In this document: positions 15,701 to 23,492 of the stretch, piece after piece
Position numbering within the stretch: the stretch's first letter is position 1
How the letters are laid out: each line of letters begins with the position of its first letter
NCBI GenBank assembly: GCA_035289325.1
Contig: DATDXM010000068.1
Span: 1-33,561 of the forward strand
From: Candidatus Nanoarchaeia archaeon
Lineage (GTDB): Archaea; Nanobdellota; Nanobdellia; Woesearchaeales; JAGLXL01
Direction: 5' to 3'
Length of the DNA: 33,561 nucleotides
Position numbers and translations under genes: made by a program
The notes under the pieces: generated by a model
Seen by the model: only the letters and a program-made list of their open reading frames with translations
The model's database searches: none
Told to the model about the DNA's origin: nothing

Positions 15701-18397
15701 AATAATGAAAAATGTCGCCATTCGGACCGGTTGATGCTCGTATGCTTGGATAACTATTTCAGATTCTCCATCCTGCTCAAGATCTATAACTGAAACTCCA
15801 TACACCAGAAGAATCCGGTCTAGAATCACTGGGAATCCACTTACTTCAGATCCATCTCCATTGTATGCATGCAGTTTTGATGTGCCTGATCCATGCGTTA
15901 CAGCCAAGATTTCATCGGCTGGATCGTTATCAAGATTTGTTACGGCTGGATGTCTGCTTCTTATGTATGTTGAGCCAAAATTTGGTATTTCTTTTATGAA
16001 TTTACCTTGTGCACTGTACAACAATATTGATTTTGTTAAACTTACAATAATCTCTTTTACTCCATTTCCATCGACATCTGCTGTCAAAACATCCATATTT
16101 CCGAGAAGTGCGTTGCCCCCGAATTGATAGTCCGGCCATGGAATCCGTTGCGGCCACCCTTCTTTTACCGTCGGATCAGCAACTATGTCAAATATATAAT
16201 CAATTATTGTATCGCCGGTTAACAATTGCACCGTTAATTTGAAATCATATGCTTGTAATGTCGGCTCTGGTGCAAATAATGCATTTATTTGATTAGTTTC
16301 TACATATTGAATTCTGTCGCTTGCATAGTTTGCATCTCCTTTTTTCTTATACTCTATGGTATATGAAGCAATATCTCGAAGATTTGTGGCTTGTATTTCT
16401 ATAGGCCGTTTTGCACTGTATAAATCGTTATTCAATGGAGAATCAATCTGTAGAATATCAATAGTTACTGTCGCTTCGGCTATACTTTCGCGACCGGCAT
16501 CGTCTTGCACTCGTAACTGAATAATAGATCGTCCGTCTGGTAATATTAAATTGTCATATAATAGACCACGCGTTCGGCCGCTATACGAAGCTATATCTCG
16601 CTGAATACCATTCACGATGTATTTAAGCTGATATGACACTGCATTTGTTCCGTCAGCGATACCTTTAATGTCTATAACTCCGTTTTCTGGCGGAGATAAT
16701 TCTAACTCAGCAATGGGCGGTGGGCTTGTTAGTTGAATCGCAACATCTGCCCTTACCAATCCATTTCCTTGTATGACCGAATCTTGATTAATGCTTTCTG
16801 TAGCGAATTTTATTGCTGACTTCATTTCTTCTGGTGTCCATGAAGGATTTTTTTGTTTCAGTAAAGCAGTTACGCCCGCAACATGCGGTGTTGCCATACT
16901 GGTTCCAGAAATAGCAATGTGTTTGTCGTCAAGACAGTGGCTGTCAATATTCTTTGCATCTTTTATTCTCTGCCATATTTTATCCTGCGAAGATTGAGCT
17001 GCACATATACTCACGCCTGGGGCTATAACATCTGGCTTATTCAACGTGCCCCCAGGCCATTGAACAGGTCCGCGTGAAGAAAATGATGCAATCTTCTTGG
17101 TCTTATCAACTGCTCCCACTGTAATTGCTGTTCGTGCAGTGCCAGGGCTTCCTATTGTTTGTTCAGCTGGACCAGAATTTCCAGCAGCAACGATAGCTAC
17201 AACACCGTTACGTACGGCTCTGTCAATTGCCTGTGATGCAAGATCATCTGGGTTTCCTCCACTTCCAAGGCTTAAACTTATGATATTCACTCCATCATTT
17301 ACGGCTTTGTCAATTCCGGCAATAACATTTGCTAATGTGCCGCTGCCACTTGAACTCAGCACTTTATATGCTACGATATGTGCATCTGGAGCGATGCCCC
17401 ATAATTCGTTTGATTCGTAAATATTATTATTGTTGTAGTCTCCTTTGCCTGCTGCTGTCGCTGCTACATGTGTACCGTGTCCGTGGTCATCCATCGGATC
17501 AGCATCGTTGTTGAAGAAATCATAGCCGCCGATGACTTTGCAGCCTGCTCCTAAGCATTCACCAAGATCCGGGTGTGTATAATCGACACCAGTATCTATA
17601 ATCCCGATGGTAATTCCCTGGCCTGTATATCCTTGCTCCCAAACTCCGCCAGGAGAACTTGCGCCAATCATATCGGCAGATTCCTGCAATAATATTTCTG
17701 TATAGTCTCCCGATGATAAAACATCTGTGCTTGCTTCGATTGGATCTCTTGTGAAGCTAAATACATTTGGTTTGTCTGGACTTGTTCTTGTGTACGTTTC
17801 TGTAATCTCATGATTATCTAAAATTCCTACTATAACGTTCGGATAAATCCTTTTTACTTCAGGCAACCGTGCGATTTCTTCCACTTCCTGCTCTGTAACT
17901 GTTTCCTCCAGAATAACAGCATTCATCACCGTGTTAGCAATTGGCATTATCTCTGTCGCTTCGACCGATGTTGTTTGTTCAATCTTCGCAATAATCTCCT
18001 GCTGCCCTTCGATAACCTGCTGCTCAACAACTTCAGAAACCTCAGCAAGTTCTGCTTCTAACACCTGAACTTGCTGTTCTGCTTCAATAACATCCGTTGC
18101 TTGCCCAATTAAATCTCCCGATATAATTCCACTTTCAATCTGTTTAATTTCTTCTTTAATTTCAAGAACTTCGGCGTTCTCTAAAACTGCTGGTTCTTCT
18201 AGTTCAACAATATATCCTTCGCACTCTGCCTCCGGCGGACAGGGGACTATCTCTACGATATTGGAAAACTGTGTTGCTTTACCTGCGATGTCTTTAGAAT
18301 AATCGATTCCTCCGTAGATAATAACCCCCATAATGATAATAGAAACAGTCCATAGAATAATCTGCTCTTTATGCTTTGCTTTGCTCCTCTTTTTCAC
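12734..18397 (-). CDS. Giant (1887 aa) secreted multidomain protein: signal anchor, I9-like propeptide, subtilisin (S8) protease, Ig-like domains, FG-GAP/VCBS propeller, six MopE-like Cys-rich repeats, pre-PGF-like domain, Gly12 linker, Cys-knot modules
   Basis: The S8 triad motifs are GIIDTGVDYTHPDL (D268), HGHGTHVAATAAG (H307) and SGTSMATPHVAG (S500). Eight D.(D/N).(D/N)G...E(I/L) loops occur with GWP/GFP motifs (aa ~745-1195). Repeats have the form DKD.DGF...C...DC(D/N)D.....NP...E.CD..DN.C. The sequence ITPGFSYFAIA is present. Later come CTDGIKNQDESDIDCGGSCPLC and further Cys spacers. The start is a GTG at 18397 with a TATA-like box 22 nt upstream. Confidence 0.9.
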   Translation of the reverse strand: MKKRSKAKHKEQIILWTVSIIIMGVIIYGGIDYSKDIAGKATQFSNIVEIVPCPPEAECEGYIVELEEPAVLENAEVLEIKEEIKQIESGIISGDLIGQATDVIEAEQQVQVLEAELAEVSEVVEQQVIEGQQEIIAKIEQTTSVEATEIMPIANTVMNAVILEETVTEQEVEEIARLPEVKRIYPNVIVGILDNHEITETYTRTSPDKPNVFSFTRDPIEASTDVLSSGDYTEILLQESADMIGASSPGGVWEQGYTGQGITIGIIDTGVDYTHPDLGECLGAGCKVIGGYDFFNNDADPMDDHGHGTHVAATAAGKGDYNNNNIYESNELWGIAPDAHIVAYKVLSSSGSGTLANVIAGIDKAVNDGVNIISLSLGSGGNPDDLASQAIDRAVRNGVVAIVAAGNSGPAEQTIGSPGTARTAITVGAVDKTKKIASFSSRGPVQWPGGTLNKPDVIAPGVSICAAQSSQDKIWQRIKDAKNIDSHCLDDKHIAISGTSMATPHVAGVTALLKQKNPSWTPEEMKSAIKFATESINQDSVIQGNGLVRADVAIQLTSPPPIAELELSPPENGVIDIKGIADGTNAVSYQLKYIVNGIQRDIASYSGRTRGLLYDNLILPDGRSIIQLRVQDDAGRESIAEATVTIDILQIDSPLNNDLYSAKRPIEIQATNLRDIASYTIEYKKKGDANYASDRIQYVETNQINALFAPEPTLQAYDFKLTVQLLTGDTIIDYIFDIVADPTVKEGWPQRIPWPDYQFGGNALLGNMDVLTADVDGNGVKEIIVSLTKSILLYSAQGKFIKEIPNFGSTYIRSRHPAVTNLDNDPADEILAVTHGSGTSKLHAYNGDGSEVSGFPVILDRILLVYGVSVIDLEQDGESEIVIQAYEHQPVRMATFFIIDKKGAILKKWSLPNTDYPNRQTFNVLRRGSKSRAIGQKEFQTNPAFGNFDDDPELEIVTPIMETFGFTGRIYVLNTDGSVVSGWPTPATGSTTQVLVADMTKDGIPEVIWHDLDYITVLDKNGQTLPGWPIQKTGIYSIAIVDSNDDGFNELAIAQFGQLELRDANANVLPGWPRDLGFGGGKVSNILSSDVNNDDALDLIVPYTVFDKQYMAFLSSSGESIVLQEGAYGNGDPMIHGFKIDDLEGDGTFELIGTSPLALDSINFESKQRGSIFVWEIPAGKIGWSQFMHDPQLTGMCPYEDKDNDGFIGGIILCSPALADCDDNSAQANPNIAEICDGIDNDCDGQVDEGFNKLDFFQDNDKDGFGAGSSIKSCTAPVGFVINSNDCDDNNPAINPSATELLCDNIDQDCSGADALGTDADNDGSKLEGGLCGVIDCNDNNAAVNPNAAERCDSIDNNCNAQIDENVQVTIYRDQDKDTYGLLMDTEEACSILDGYAARAGDCNDNSAAINPASIEICDNSDNNCNAQTDEGVLSTFFSDKDGDGFGSETEKIEACIVPQEYVTVANDCDDDNANINPSSAEVCDNADNNCDAQIDENVKLSFFIDKDNDGFGLSAESTSACTAPQGYAAKVNDCNDNSAAVNPSAPDTTCDGIDQDCSGSEEACAPTEFVAVVENKKIIEVTNKNVPIKQIELTAETIGNVHLKVIPLQEAPQVAELGKTHSIVEITTSLETQGDKIIIFEIPNAWFTEHNADKNRISLYRLTEKWEKMSTTLLGETESAIQYKAITPGFSYFAIAEEPAQAPAPVVSEPSTGGGGGGGGGGGGIRSKEKVVPEIICKTQWDCLSWSECSLEGKQTRLCSVDETCPKGAKIESTPKPAEERLCEYTAAVSCTDGIKNQDESDIDCGGSCPLCDNEKQCNTANDCTSKLCDKNICKQAECLTDDDCEGKCVDMKCTAVEESTFIDKMKNIGSSIIWFIRGFIARLIG
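13223..13258 (-). repeat. Gly12 coding tract (mixed GGN codons; C/G-rich on the plus strand)
   Basis: Read on the minus strand, the codons are ggg ggc ggc ggc gga ggt ggt ggg gga gga ggg ggc, between EPST and IRSK. Confidence 0.9.
13703..14809 (-). repeat. Six tandem coding repeats (about 55-65 aa each) of a Cys/Asp/Asn-rich putative metal-binding (MopE-like) motif
   Basis: The repeats cover aa ~1197-1565 of the giant protein. Each unit has an Asp-rich DKDNDGF-type loop followed by DC(D/N)DN..A.NP.A.E.CD..DN(D/N)C(D/N).Q.DE. Confidence 0.8.
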
Positions 18398-18419
18398 TTT
18401 ATGAAGTATATCTTATTCC

Positions 18420-18427
18420 TTTTTAAA
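18420..18427 (-). promoter_or_regulatory. TATA-like box (TTTAAAAA on the minus strand) for the giant protease gene
   Basis: It sits exactly 22 nt upstream of the GTG start at 18397. Confidence 0.5.
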
Positions 18428-18690
18428 GCATCCTAAGCAAGCAGTATCTCCGAATGAAAATCCAACTTAGTAATATTTTATATTTCAAACGTTTTTTTGG
18501 TACTTTTGGCACGGTCGTAAAGTCCATCAGGCTCTCTATTGTCCTCAGAACTGCGTCATTGAATCGCAGCGAGCTGCGGCGTATGGACGCTGTTTGAGCA
18601 ATCAAAAATATACCGCCGCTATTATAAATCAAAGGGCAGGTAACTTTTTATAGTGTGCTTTATTAGTTCTGTATTGAAAAAGAGGAATTT

Positions 18691-20712
18691 ATGGCTGATA
18701 CATCTGCTGAAACACCGAAAAAAGAGGCAGCTGCTGAAACACCGAAGAAGGAAGCGGACTGGGCTGCGCAGTTTAAGGTAGGTGAAGGGAAACGAGTAAC
18801 GCCTGAGCCGCGTGCCGATCCCGCTGTTAGTGGCGGGGTGGGAGTAGCTACAAGAGTCATCCGAAAAGGCTTTGGTGAGGATTGGACGTTAAAAAAAGAT
18901 TGGCAGCAGACCAAAGAATTGTTTCCACAACGTGCAGAAACGGCTTGGAAAGTAACAAAAGGAACGGGCAAAGCTGGCTGGAGAGTTGGCTCTTTTCTTG
19001 TTACCGGAATTGGTCTTAACGCGTTCCATTTTGGGTTTAGGTATGCGGATATGATTCTTATTGTCCTTGGCATCTTCAAGTTCGCACTTCAATACGCAGG
19101 AGTGATTGAATCAACCGGAGCAACTGCAGCATTGATATCTACCATTTTATTGTTGTTCACAGCGCTTGCAGTACTCAATGGGGAAGGGTTTGTGCTTGCG
19201 GTGCTTGGTGTCATCTATGTCATGTATTTCAATTTTCCACCCAATCCTGCATTTTTGTATATTGCGCTGCCTATCATTATTTTTGGTACTATTCTTTTTG
19301 GGCTTCCCAGCGTGCTGAATGTGCGAGTGATTCCTGCATTCCTTGTCTATTTTTATGATATTGGTGCGTTCCACACGCTTGTTCAATCATTAGGGTTAGT
19401 TGTTCCAGATACCATGAGCAATGTCATCGCCCTCACCCCATGGTGGACCATTATCGGTTTTGTTTATCTCGACACCGAACAATACAAAAGAAAAGGGTTT
19501 GTTGGTTTCATGAAAGGTTTATGCATGCTGTATGTTGTTTTTTCTGTGCTTGCGACTGCCATGCCCGGCATCGGGTTTGCGCAAACGCCGCTGCTTGAAG
19601 AATTCCAGCAGGCACGAACACAGCTTGAAGCAGGAACACTGAAAGGGGAACATCCGATACTCTCTCAAATTGCGTGTGCGGTGAATATAGGAAAGATTAC
19701 ACAGCAGATAGGAAAAGAACAGACCGGAGCGCTGAGCTTTGATGAATGTGTCAAACGAAGGCAGGCTGAATCAAAATGCAAGCCGCTCGAAAAGACTGAC
19801 TTAGAAGAGTATCAAGAATGCATTCAAGTTGCACGCGGCGAAAAACAAGATGCACGTGTTGTTGGGGCGATCGATGCTACACAGAGCGAACCGACAGTAT
19901 TCAGAGTAGAAAAAGGCCAAGGATATCTTGATAAGATTGATGCTGATGAGCCTGTGCCGTTTTTGCTTGATGTGAAAAATCCGCGCAAGAACGAATTAAA
20001 CTTTGAAGTTACCTGCGTCTATGAAGCAGGAAACAAGAAGATTGATGGCAATGGATTTACGTTCACAACGACCGAAGAATTGCCTGAGCCGCATGCGTTT
20101 TCATGCAGGACATCAGCGTTGCCGCCGGGCATTGGAAAATGGAAAGTGCGTGTAATTGCACGCGGGTTGACGACGACTGTTGGACTGCATCGCTTTTTTG
20201 TTGGAGATAAAAAAGAACTGTTAGAAGATATCGCACAGACATTTTTTCTGACGTCCTCTGCGCAAGCTGCTGCGTCGACTGCTGCACAGCCTCGCGGACC
20301 GCCTGATCCTGTGCGATTGGATTTTATTTTGGGGCAGCCACCACAAAACCCACTTATTCAAACGAAGGATCCACAGCTTATTGCAACGATAAAGAACGCA
20401 GGCGGTGGCGAGATTGTTGGCATTGAACGAGCAGAGATTGAGATGGATACAGCTCAGTTTTCATTAGGGCCAGAATGCAAGCTGCAGGCGAATGGAGATT
20501 TTTTTGTGAATCCGGAGATCAATGAGATTGTTGCAAACAGGAAGAAAGACAGGGAAATTCGTTTTGCGTTTTGTGAGCTTGTGATGAGTGATGTTTACCG
20601 ATTCCCGGAAATCCCATTCCCTAAATATTTTATCAGCACGATTACGTATGATTATGCTATCGAGAAAGATTTTCCAATCACGGTGTTCCAGCCGAGAGAG
20701 GCAATAACATGA
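18691..20712 (+). CDS. Polytopic membrane protein (about 7-8 TM) with a ~370-aa C-terminal region carrying the same module as the three downstream lipoproteins
   Basis: The N-terminus has a tandem AETPKKEA repeat. Hydrophobic helices span aa ~100-300. The C-terminal region has IKNAGGGEIVG, the Cys pair LGPECK..FAFCEL and the terminal strand YFISTITYDYAIEKDFPITV, which parallel motifs in the next three genes. TTTTTATA at 18645-18652 and a GAGGA-like SD precede the ATG. Confidence 0.8.
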   Translation: MADTSAETPKKEAAAETPKKEADWAAQFKVGEGKRVTPEPRADPAVSGGVGVATRVIRKGFGEDWTLKKDWQQTKELFPQRAETAWKVTKGTGKAGWRVGSFLVTGIGLNAFHFGFRYADMILIVLGIFKFALQYAGVIESTGATAALISTILLLFTALAVLNGEGFVLAVLGVIYVMYFNFPPNPAFLYIALPIIIFGTILFGLPSVLNVRVIPAFLVYFYDIGAFHTLVQSLGLVVPDTMSNVIALTPWWTIIGFVYLDTEQYKRKGFVGFMKGLCMLYVVFSVLATAMPGIGFAQTPLLEEFQQARTQLEAGTLKGEHPILSQIACAVNIGKITQQIGKEQTGALSFDECVKRRQAESKCKPLEKTDLEEYQECIQVARGEKQDARVVGAIDATQSEPTVFRVEKGQGYLDKIDADEPVPFLLDVKNPRKNELNFEVTCVYEAGNKKIDGNGFTFTTTEELPEPHAFSCRTSALPPGIGKWKVRVIARGLTTTVGLHRFFVGDKKELLEDIAQTFFLTSSAQAAASTAAQPRGPPDPVRLDFILGQPPQNPLIQTKDPQLIATIKNAGGGEIVGIERAEIEMDTAQFSLGPECKLQANGDFFVNPEINEIVANRKKDREIRFAFCELVMSDVYRFPEIPFPKYFISTITYDYAIEKDFPITVFQPREAIT

Positions 20713-21560
20713 AAAGTGTAGCTTTGGTGATGATGGTATTATTATTGGTTTCTTGTACGCGAAGCACTGCGAATGACCCCATTGATATCAATTTCAAAAG
20801 TGGCACATCAGGCATTGAGCTTCAATTACTTGCTAACCATCCGCCACGGCGCATTGTTGAAGGAAGCACATTCAATATTGCAGTGCAGGTAAGCAATACA
20901 GGTGCATATGACATGGGTGTTGGCGAAATCACAGTGATCGGATTGGATCAGGTGTATACGCCAATCGAACGGCAAGATGCAGTGATACCCCCGTTAAAAG
21001 GACGGAGCGAAAGCAATAATCAAGGTGACTTTTATGTGCAAGAGTTTAGTGGGGGCAAGACTGTTGTGCCACCAGGTGCAAAAGAGTATCGCGCGAAGTT
21101 TCTGCTTGTTGCAGCATATGAATACATGAATGTTGTTGGAAAGGATGTGTGTATTAATCCTGCGCTAATTGAAATCGAATCTGAACAGGCAAGCTGTCAA
21201 ATTCAAGACCGCATACGCTTATCAGGTCAAGGTGCACCGGTTGCTGTCACGCAGATCGAAGAAACAGTAAGTCCCGTAGGTGATGATGTTAAAATTGACT
21301 TTATACTCACGATTGATAACCGCGGACGCGGAAAAGTAGTGTCGCCTATACTCATCAGTGATGTGCGCTTGGGCACAAAGCCATTGACCTGCAATAAGCG
21401 GGAGATAACGATGTTTGAGCTTGAGAATAAGAGAAACACGGTTGTGTGTTCACGAACCGAGCAGCGGCAAAGTGCCTACACGTCACCATTATCTGCGACA
21501 CTTCAATATATGTACAAAACAACAGAAGAAGGAGAGTTTGTTGTGCAGCGATCGCGCTAG
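20709..21560 (+). CDS. Lipobox-bearing secreted protein, paralog 1 of a two-domain beta-sandwich (CARDB-like) family
   Basis: An ATGA overlap links it to the upstream stop. The signal plus lipobox is MKSVALVMMVLLLVSC. Motifs are QVSNTGAYD, AAYEYMNVVGKDVCINP...ASCQIQD, GAPVAVTQ, IDNRGRGKVVSP, LTCN..VVCS and ATLQYMYKT. Confidence 0.8.
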   Translation: MKSVALVMMVLLLVSCTRSTANDPIDINFKSGTSGIELQLLANHPPRRIVEGSTFNIAVQVSNTGAYDMGVGEITVIGLDQVYTPIERQDAVIPPLKGRSESNNQGDFYVQEFSGGKTVVPPGAKEYRAKFLLVAAYEYMNVVGKDVCINPALIEIESEQASCQIQDRIRLSGQGAPVAVTQIEETVSPVGDDVKIDFILTIDNRGRGKVVSPILISDVRLGTKPLTCNKREITMFELENKRNTVVCSRTEQRQSAYTSPLSATLQYMYKTTEEGEFVVQRSR

Positions 21561-21561
21561 A

Positions 21562-21569
21562 TTTAAAAA
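21562..21569 (+). promoter_or_regulatory. TATA-like box TTTAAAAA for paralog 2
   Basis: It sits exactly 22 nt upstream of the ATG at 21592. A GAGGG also lies 5 nt before the ATG, so a leadered alternative exists. Confidence 0.45.
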
Positions 21570-21591
21570 GGCAGAAGATTTGAGGGAACGT

Positions 21592-22518
21592 ATGAAAAAA
21601 GTGGGATTGGTTATTCTTGTTGGGCTGTTCATCCTGTCATGCACGCCGCGCAATCCTGAAAATATTAATCAAGTATCTGCAGTCACAGAATTTGTACGAT
21701 CAGGAGTGCAGGGTGTGGATATGCGGTTTGTGCAAAACTTGCCGCCCCGACAAATTTATGACACTGCTGATTTGTTTGCACTGCTTGAATTGAGGAACTT
21801 AGGTAATTATGATCTTGGCCGCGAGACATTCCAGCAGTGCGTTGTTCAGCTTGGCGGATTTGATCCAAGCATTATTCGCGGGATTAACGAACGGCAAAGC
21901 TGCGGTGATTTGCCGGGTAAGAGCGAATTTGTTGTCGATGGCGGATTTTCAACGGTTGAATTTGCATCAAGCAGCATCATATTGCCGCAAGATGTTGATA
22001 AATACGAGCCGCCGCTCGTGGCGACTGCATGCTACGAATACAAAACGGTTGCTGCACCTCAAGTGTGCATTGACCCGGATTTTTTTGAGATAACATCGTC
22101 GCAACGCGCTTGTGATGTGCGCGACTTTGGGCTTGGTGGAGGGCAAGGCGGGCCAGTAGGGGTAACATATGTTAATGTTGACATGGTTGGCAGCCGTGCA
22201 CAATTCCAGATAGAAGTAGCAAACCTTGGCTCAGGACGGGTTGTGTCGCCACGGGCAAGCATTACCCAATGCCCAGGTGGGTTGAGATATAAAGATTTTG
22301 ATGAAGTGCAGTTTCAGGTTGAATTATCAGGAGCGCGGCTTGTGCGATGTGCGCCCAGTGACCAATTTGTGCGCTTGGGAGATGGACGAGGGCGGTTTGT
22401 ATGCACATTTGATGTAGGAAATGTGCCGGCGTATGAAACACCGATGCGGATTGAGCTGAATTATAATTATATGCAGTCCATACGAACGCCTGTTGAGATT
22501 ATACGGACGCCGGAGTAA
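21592..22518 (+). CDS. Lipobox-bearing secreted protein, paralog 2
   Basis: The start is set at MKKVGLVILVGLFILSC. Motifs are ELRNLGNYD, TACYEYKTVAAPQVCIDP...RACDVRD, GGPVGVTY, VANLGSGRVVSP, LVRCAP..FVCTF and IELNYNYMQ. Confidence 0.8.
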   Translation: MKKVGLVILVGLFILSCTPRNPENINQVSAVTEFVRSGVQGVDMRFVQNLPPRQIYDTADLFALLELRNLGNYDLGRETFQQCVVQLGGFDPSIIRGINERQSCGDLPGKSEFVVDGGFSTVEFASSSIILPQDVDKYEPPLVATACYEYKTVAAPQVCIDPDFFEITSSQRACDVRDFGLGGGQGGPVGVTYVNVDMVGSRAQFQIEVANLGSGRVVSPRASITQCPGGLRYKDFDEVQFQVELSGARLVRCAPSDQFVRLGDGRGRFVCTFDVGNVPAYETPMRIELNYNYMQSIRTPVEIIRTPE

Positions 22519-22546
22519 GCTGAAATTGCCGATTACATTCAAAATG

Positions 22547-22554
22547 TTTAAATA
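22547..22554 (+). promoter_or_regulatory. TATA-like box TTTAAATA for paralog 3
   Basis: It sits exactly 22 nt upstream of the ATG at 22577. Confidence 0.45.
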
Positions 22555-22576
22555 CCGCAAGAAAATCCATTATGTT

Positions 22577-23485
22577 ATGAAAAGAGTGATGTTGTTCTCA
22601 GTCTTGCTTGTCGTATTTCTTGCTGCGTGTGAACAAAATGATGAGGTTTCGAATGTTGATTCTGTATTTGAAGGCGGCAGCCAAGGTGTTGTTGCAGAAT
22701 TCGAGCCGTTTGGCGTTGAGGAAAGCGGCGTATTCACCATATTTGACACGGAGAATTTTCCCATTGAGATTGTATTAAGGAATCTTGGCGAAGAAGATAT
22801 TTTGCCTGGGAATGTGAATATTACGCTCAAAGGAATCAATACAAATGATTTTACAGGCATTGTTTCACGAGAATTGACAAATGATGAGACGATTGAAAAA
22901 ATTTCTGAGTTTAACCCGCAGGGAGATGAGGAAATTATTGACTTTACGCCTGTTGAAGATGCTCGGTATAAGCTGAATGTGACGGGTTTTTTCCAGCCCG
23001 ATATTTTTGCGCTGGTTGATTTTAATTACAAGACACATGTTGTGATACCTAATGTTTGTTACAAAGAAGACCCGACAGATGAATCAATCTGTGATGTGCA
23101 AGGCAACAAGGCAGTATTTGTATCAAGCGCACCTGTTACTGTTACAAGTGTAACAGAGGACATCGCCGGCAGAGGAATTATTGTGCTGTCCATTATTATT
23201 TCAAATGTAGGCGGAGGACGAGTAACGTTGCCGAATACTGATTTTGACACACGCTTCGATCAAATTGCATTTACCATGGAAACAGATTCTGCAGATTGGG
23301 AATGTAGATCAGGCGGGCGGGAGAATCAAGCACGCTTAGTTAATGGACAGGCGACAATAACATGCAGACTGCGTGAACCACTTGAGGAGGAGACACTGTT
23401 TACAAAGCAGGTTGAACTTACACTGAAATATAAATATCAGGATATTATTCAGCAGACGATTAGGATTAGAGAGAGTTTGGAGTAG
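22577..23485 (+). CDS. Lipobox-bearing secreted protein, paralog 3
   Basis: The start is set at MKRVMLFSVLLVVFLAAC. Motifs are VLRNLGEED, VDFNYKTHVVIPNVCYKE...SICDVQG, SAPVTVTS, ISNVGGGRVTLP, WECRS..ITCRL and LTLKYKYQD. Confidence 0.8.
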   Translation: MKRVMLFSVLLVVFLAACEQNDEVSNVDSVFEGGSQGVVAEFEPFGVEESGVFTIFDTENFPIEIVLRNLGEEDILPGNVNITLKGINTNDFTGIVSRELTNDETIEKISEFNPQGDEEIIDFTPVEDARYKLNVTGFFQPDIFALVDFNYKTHVVIPNVCYKEDPTDESICDVQGNKAVFVSSAPVTVTSVTEDIAGRGIIVLSIIISNVGGGRVTLPNTDFDTRFDQIAFTMETDSADWECRSGGRENQARLVNGQATITCRLREPLEEETLFTKQVELTLKYKYQDIIQQTIRIRESLE

Positions 23486-23492
23486 GTTTTTA

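Noticed and set aside
18706-18756. Tandem duplication AETPKKEA-A-AETPKKEA at the N-terminus of the 673-aa protein
   Set aside because: It is real in the sequence, but it is only two short copies in a charged tail. It is noted under the cluster finding rather than as a separate element.
18663-19079. 138-aa minus-strand ORF at the 5' end of the 18691 gene
   Set aside because: It is antisense to the N-terminal region of the membrane protein and would have to start inside that gene. No upstream signal was seen.
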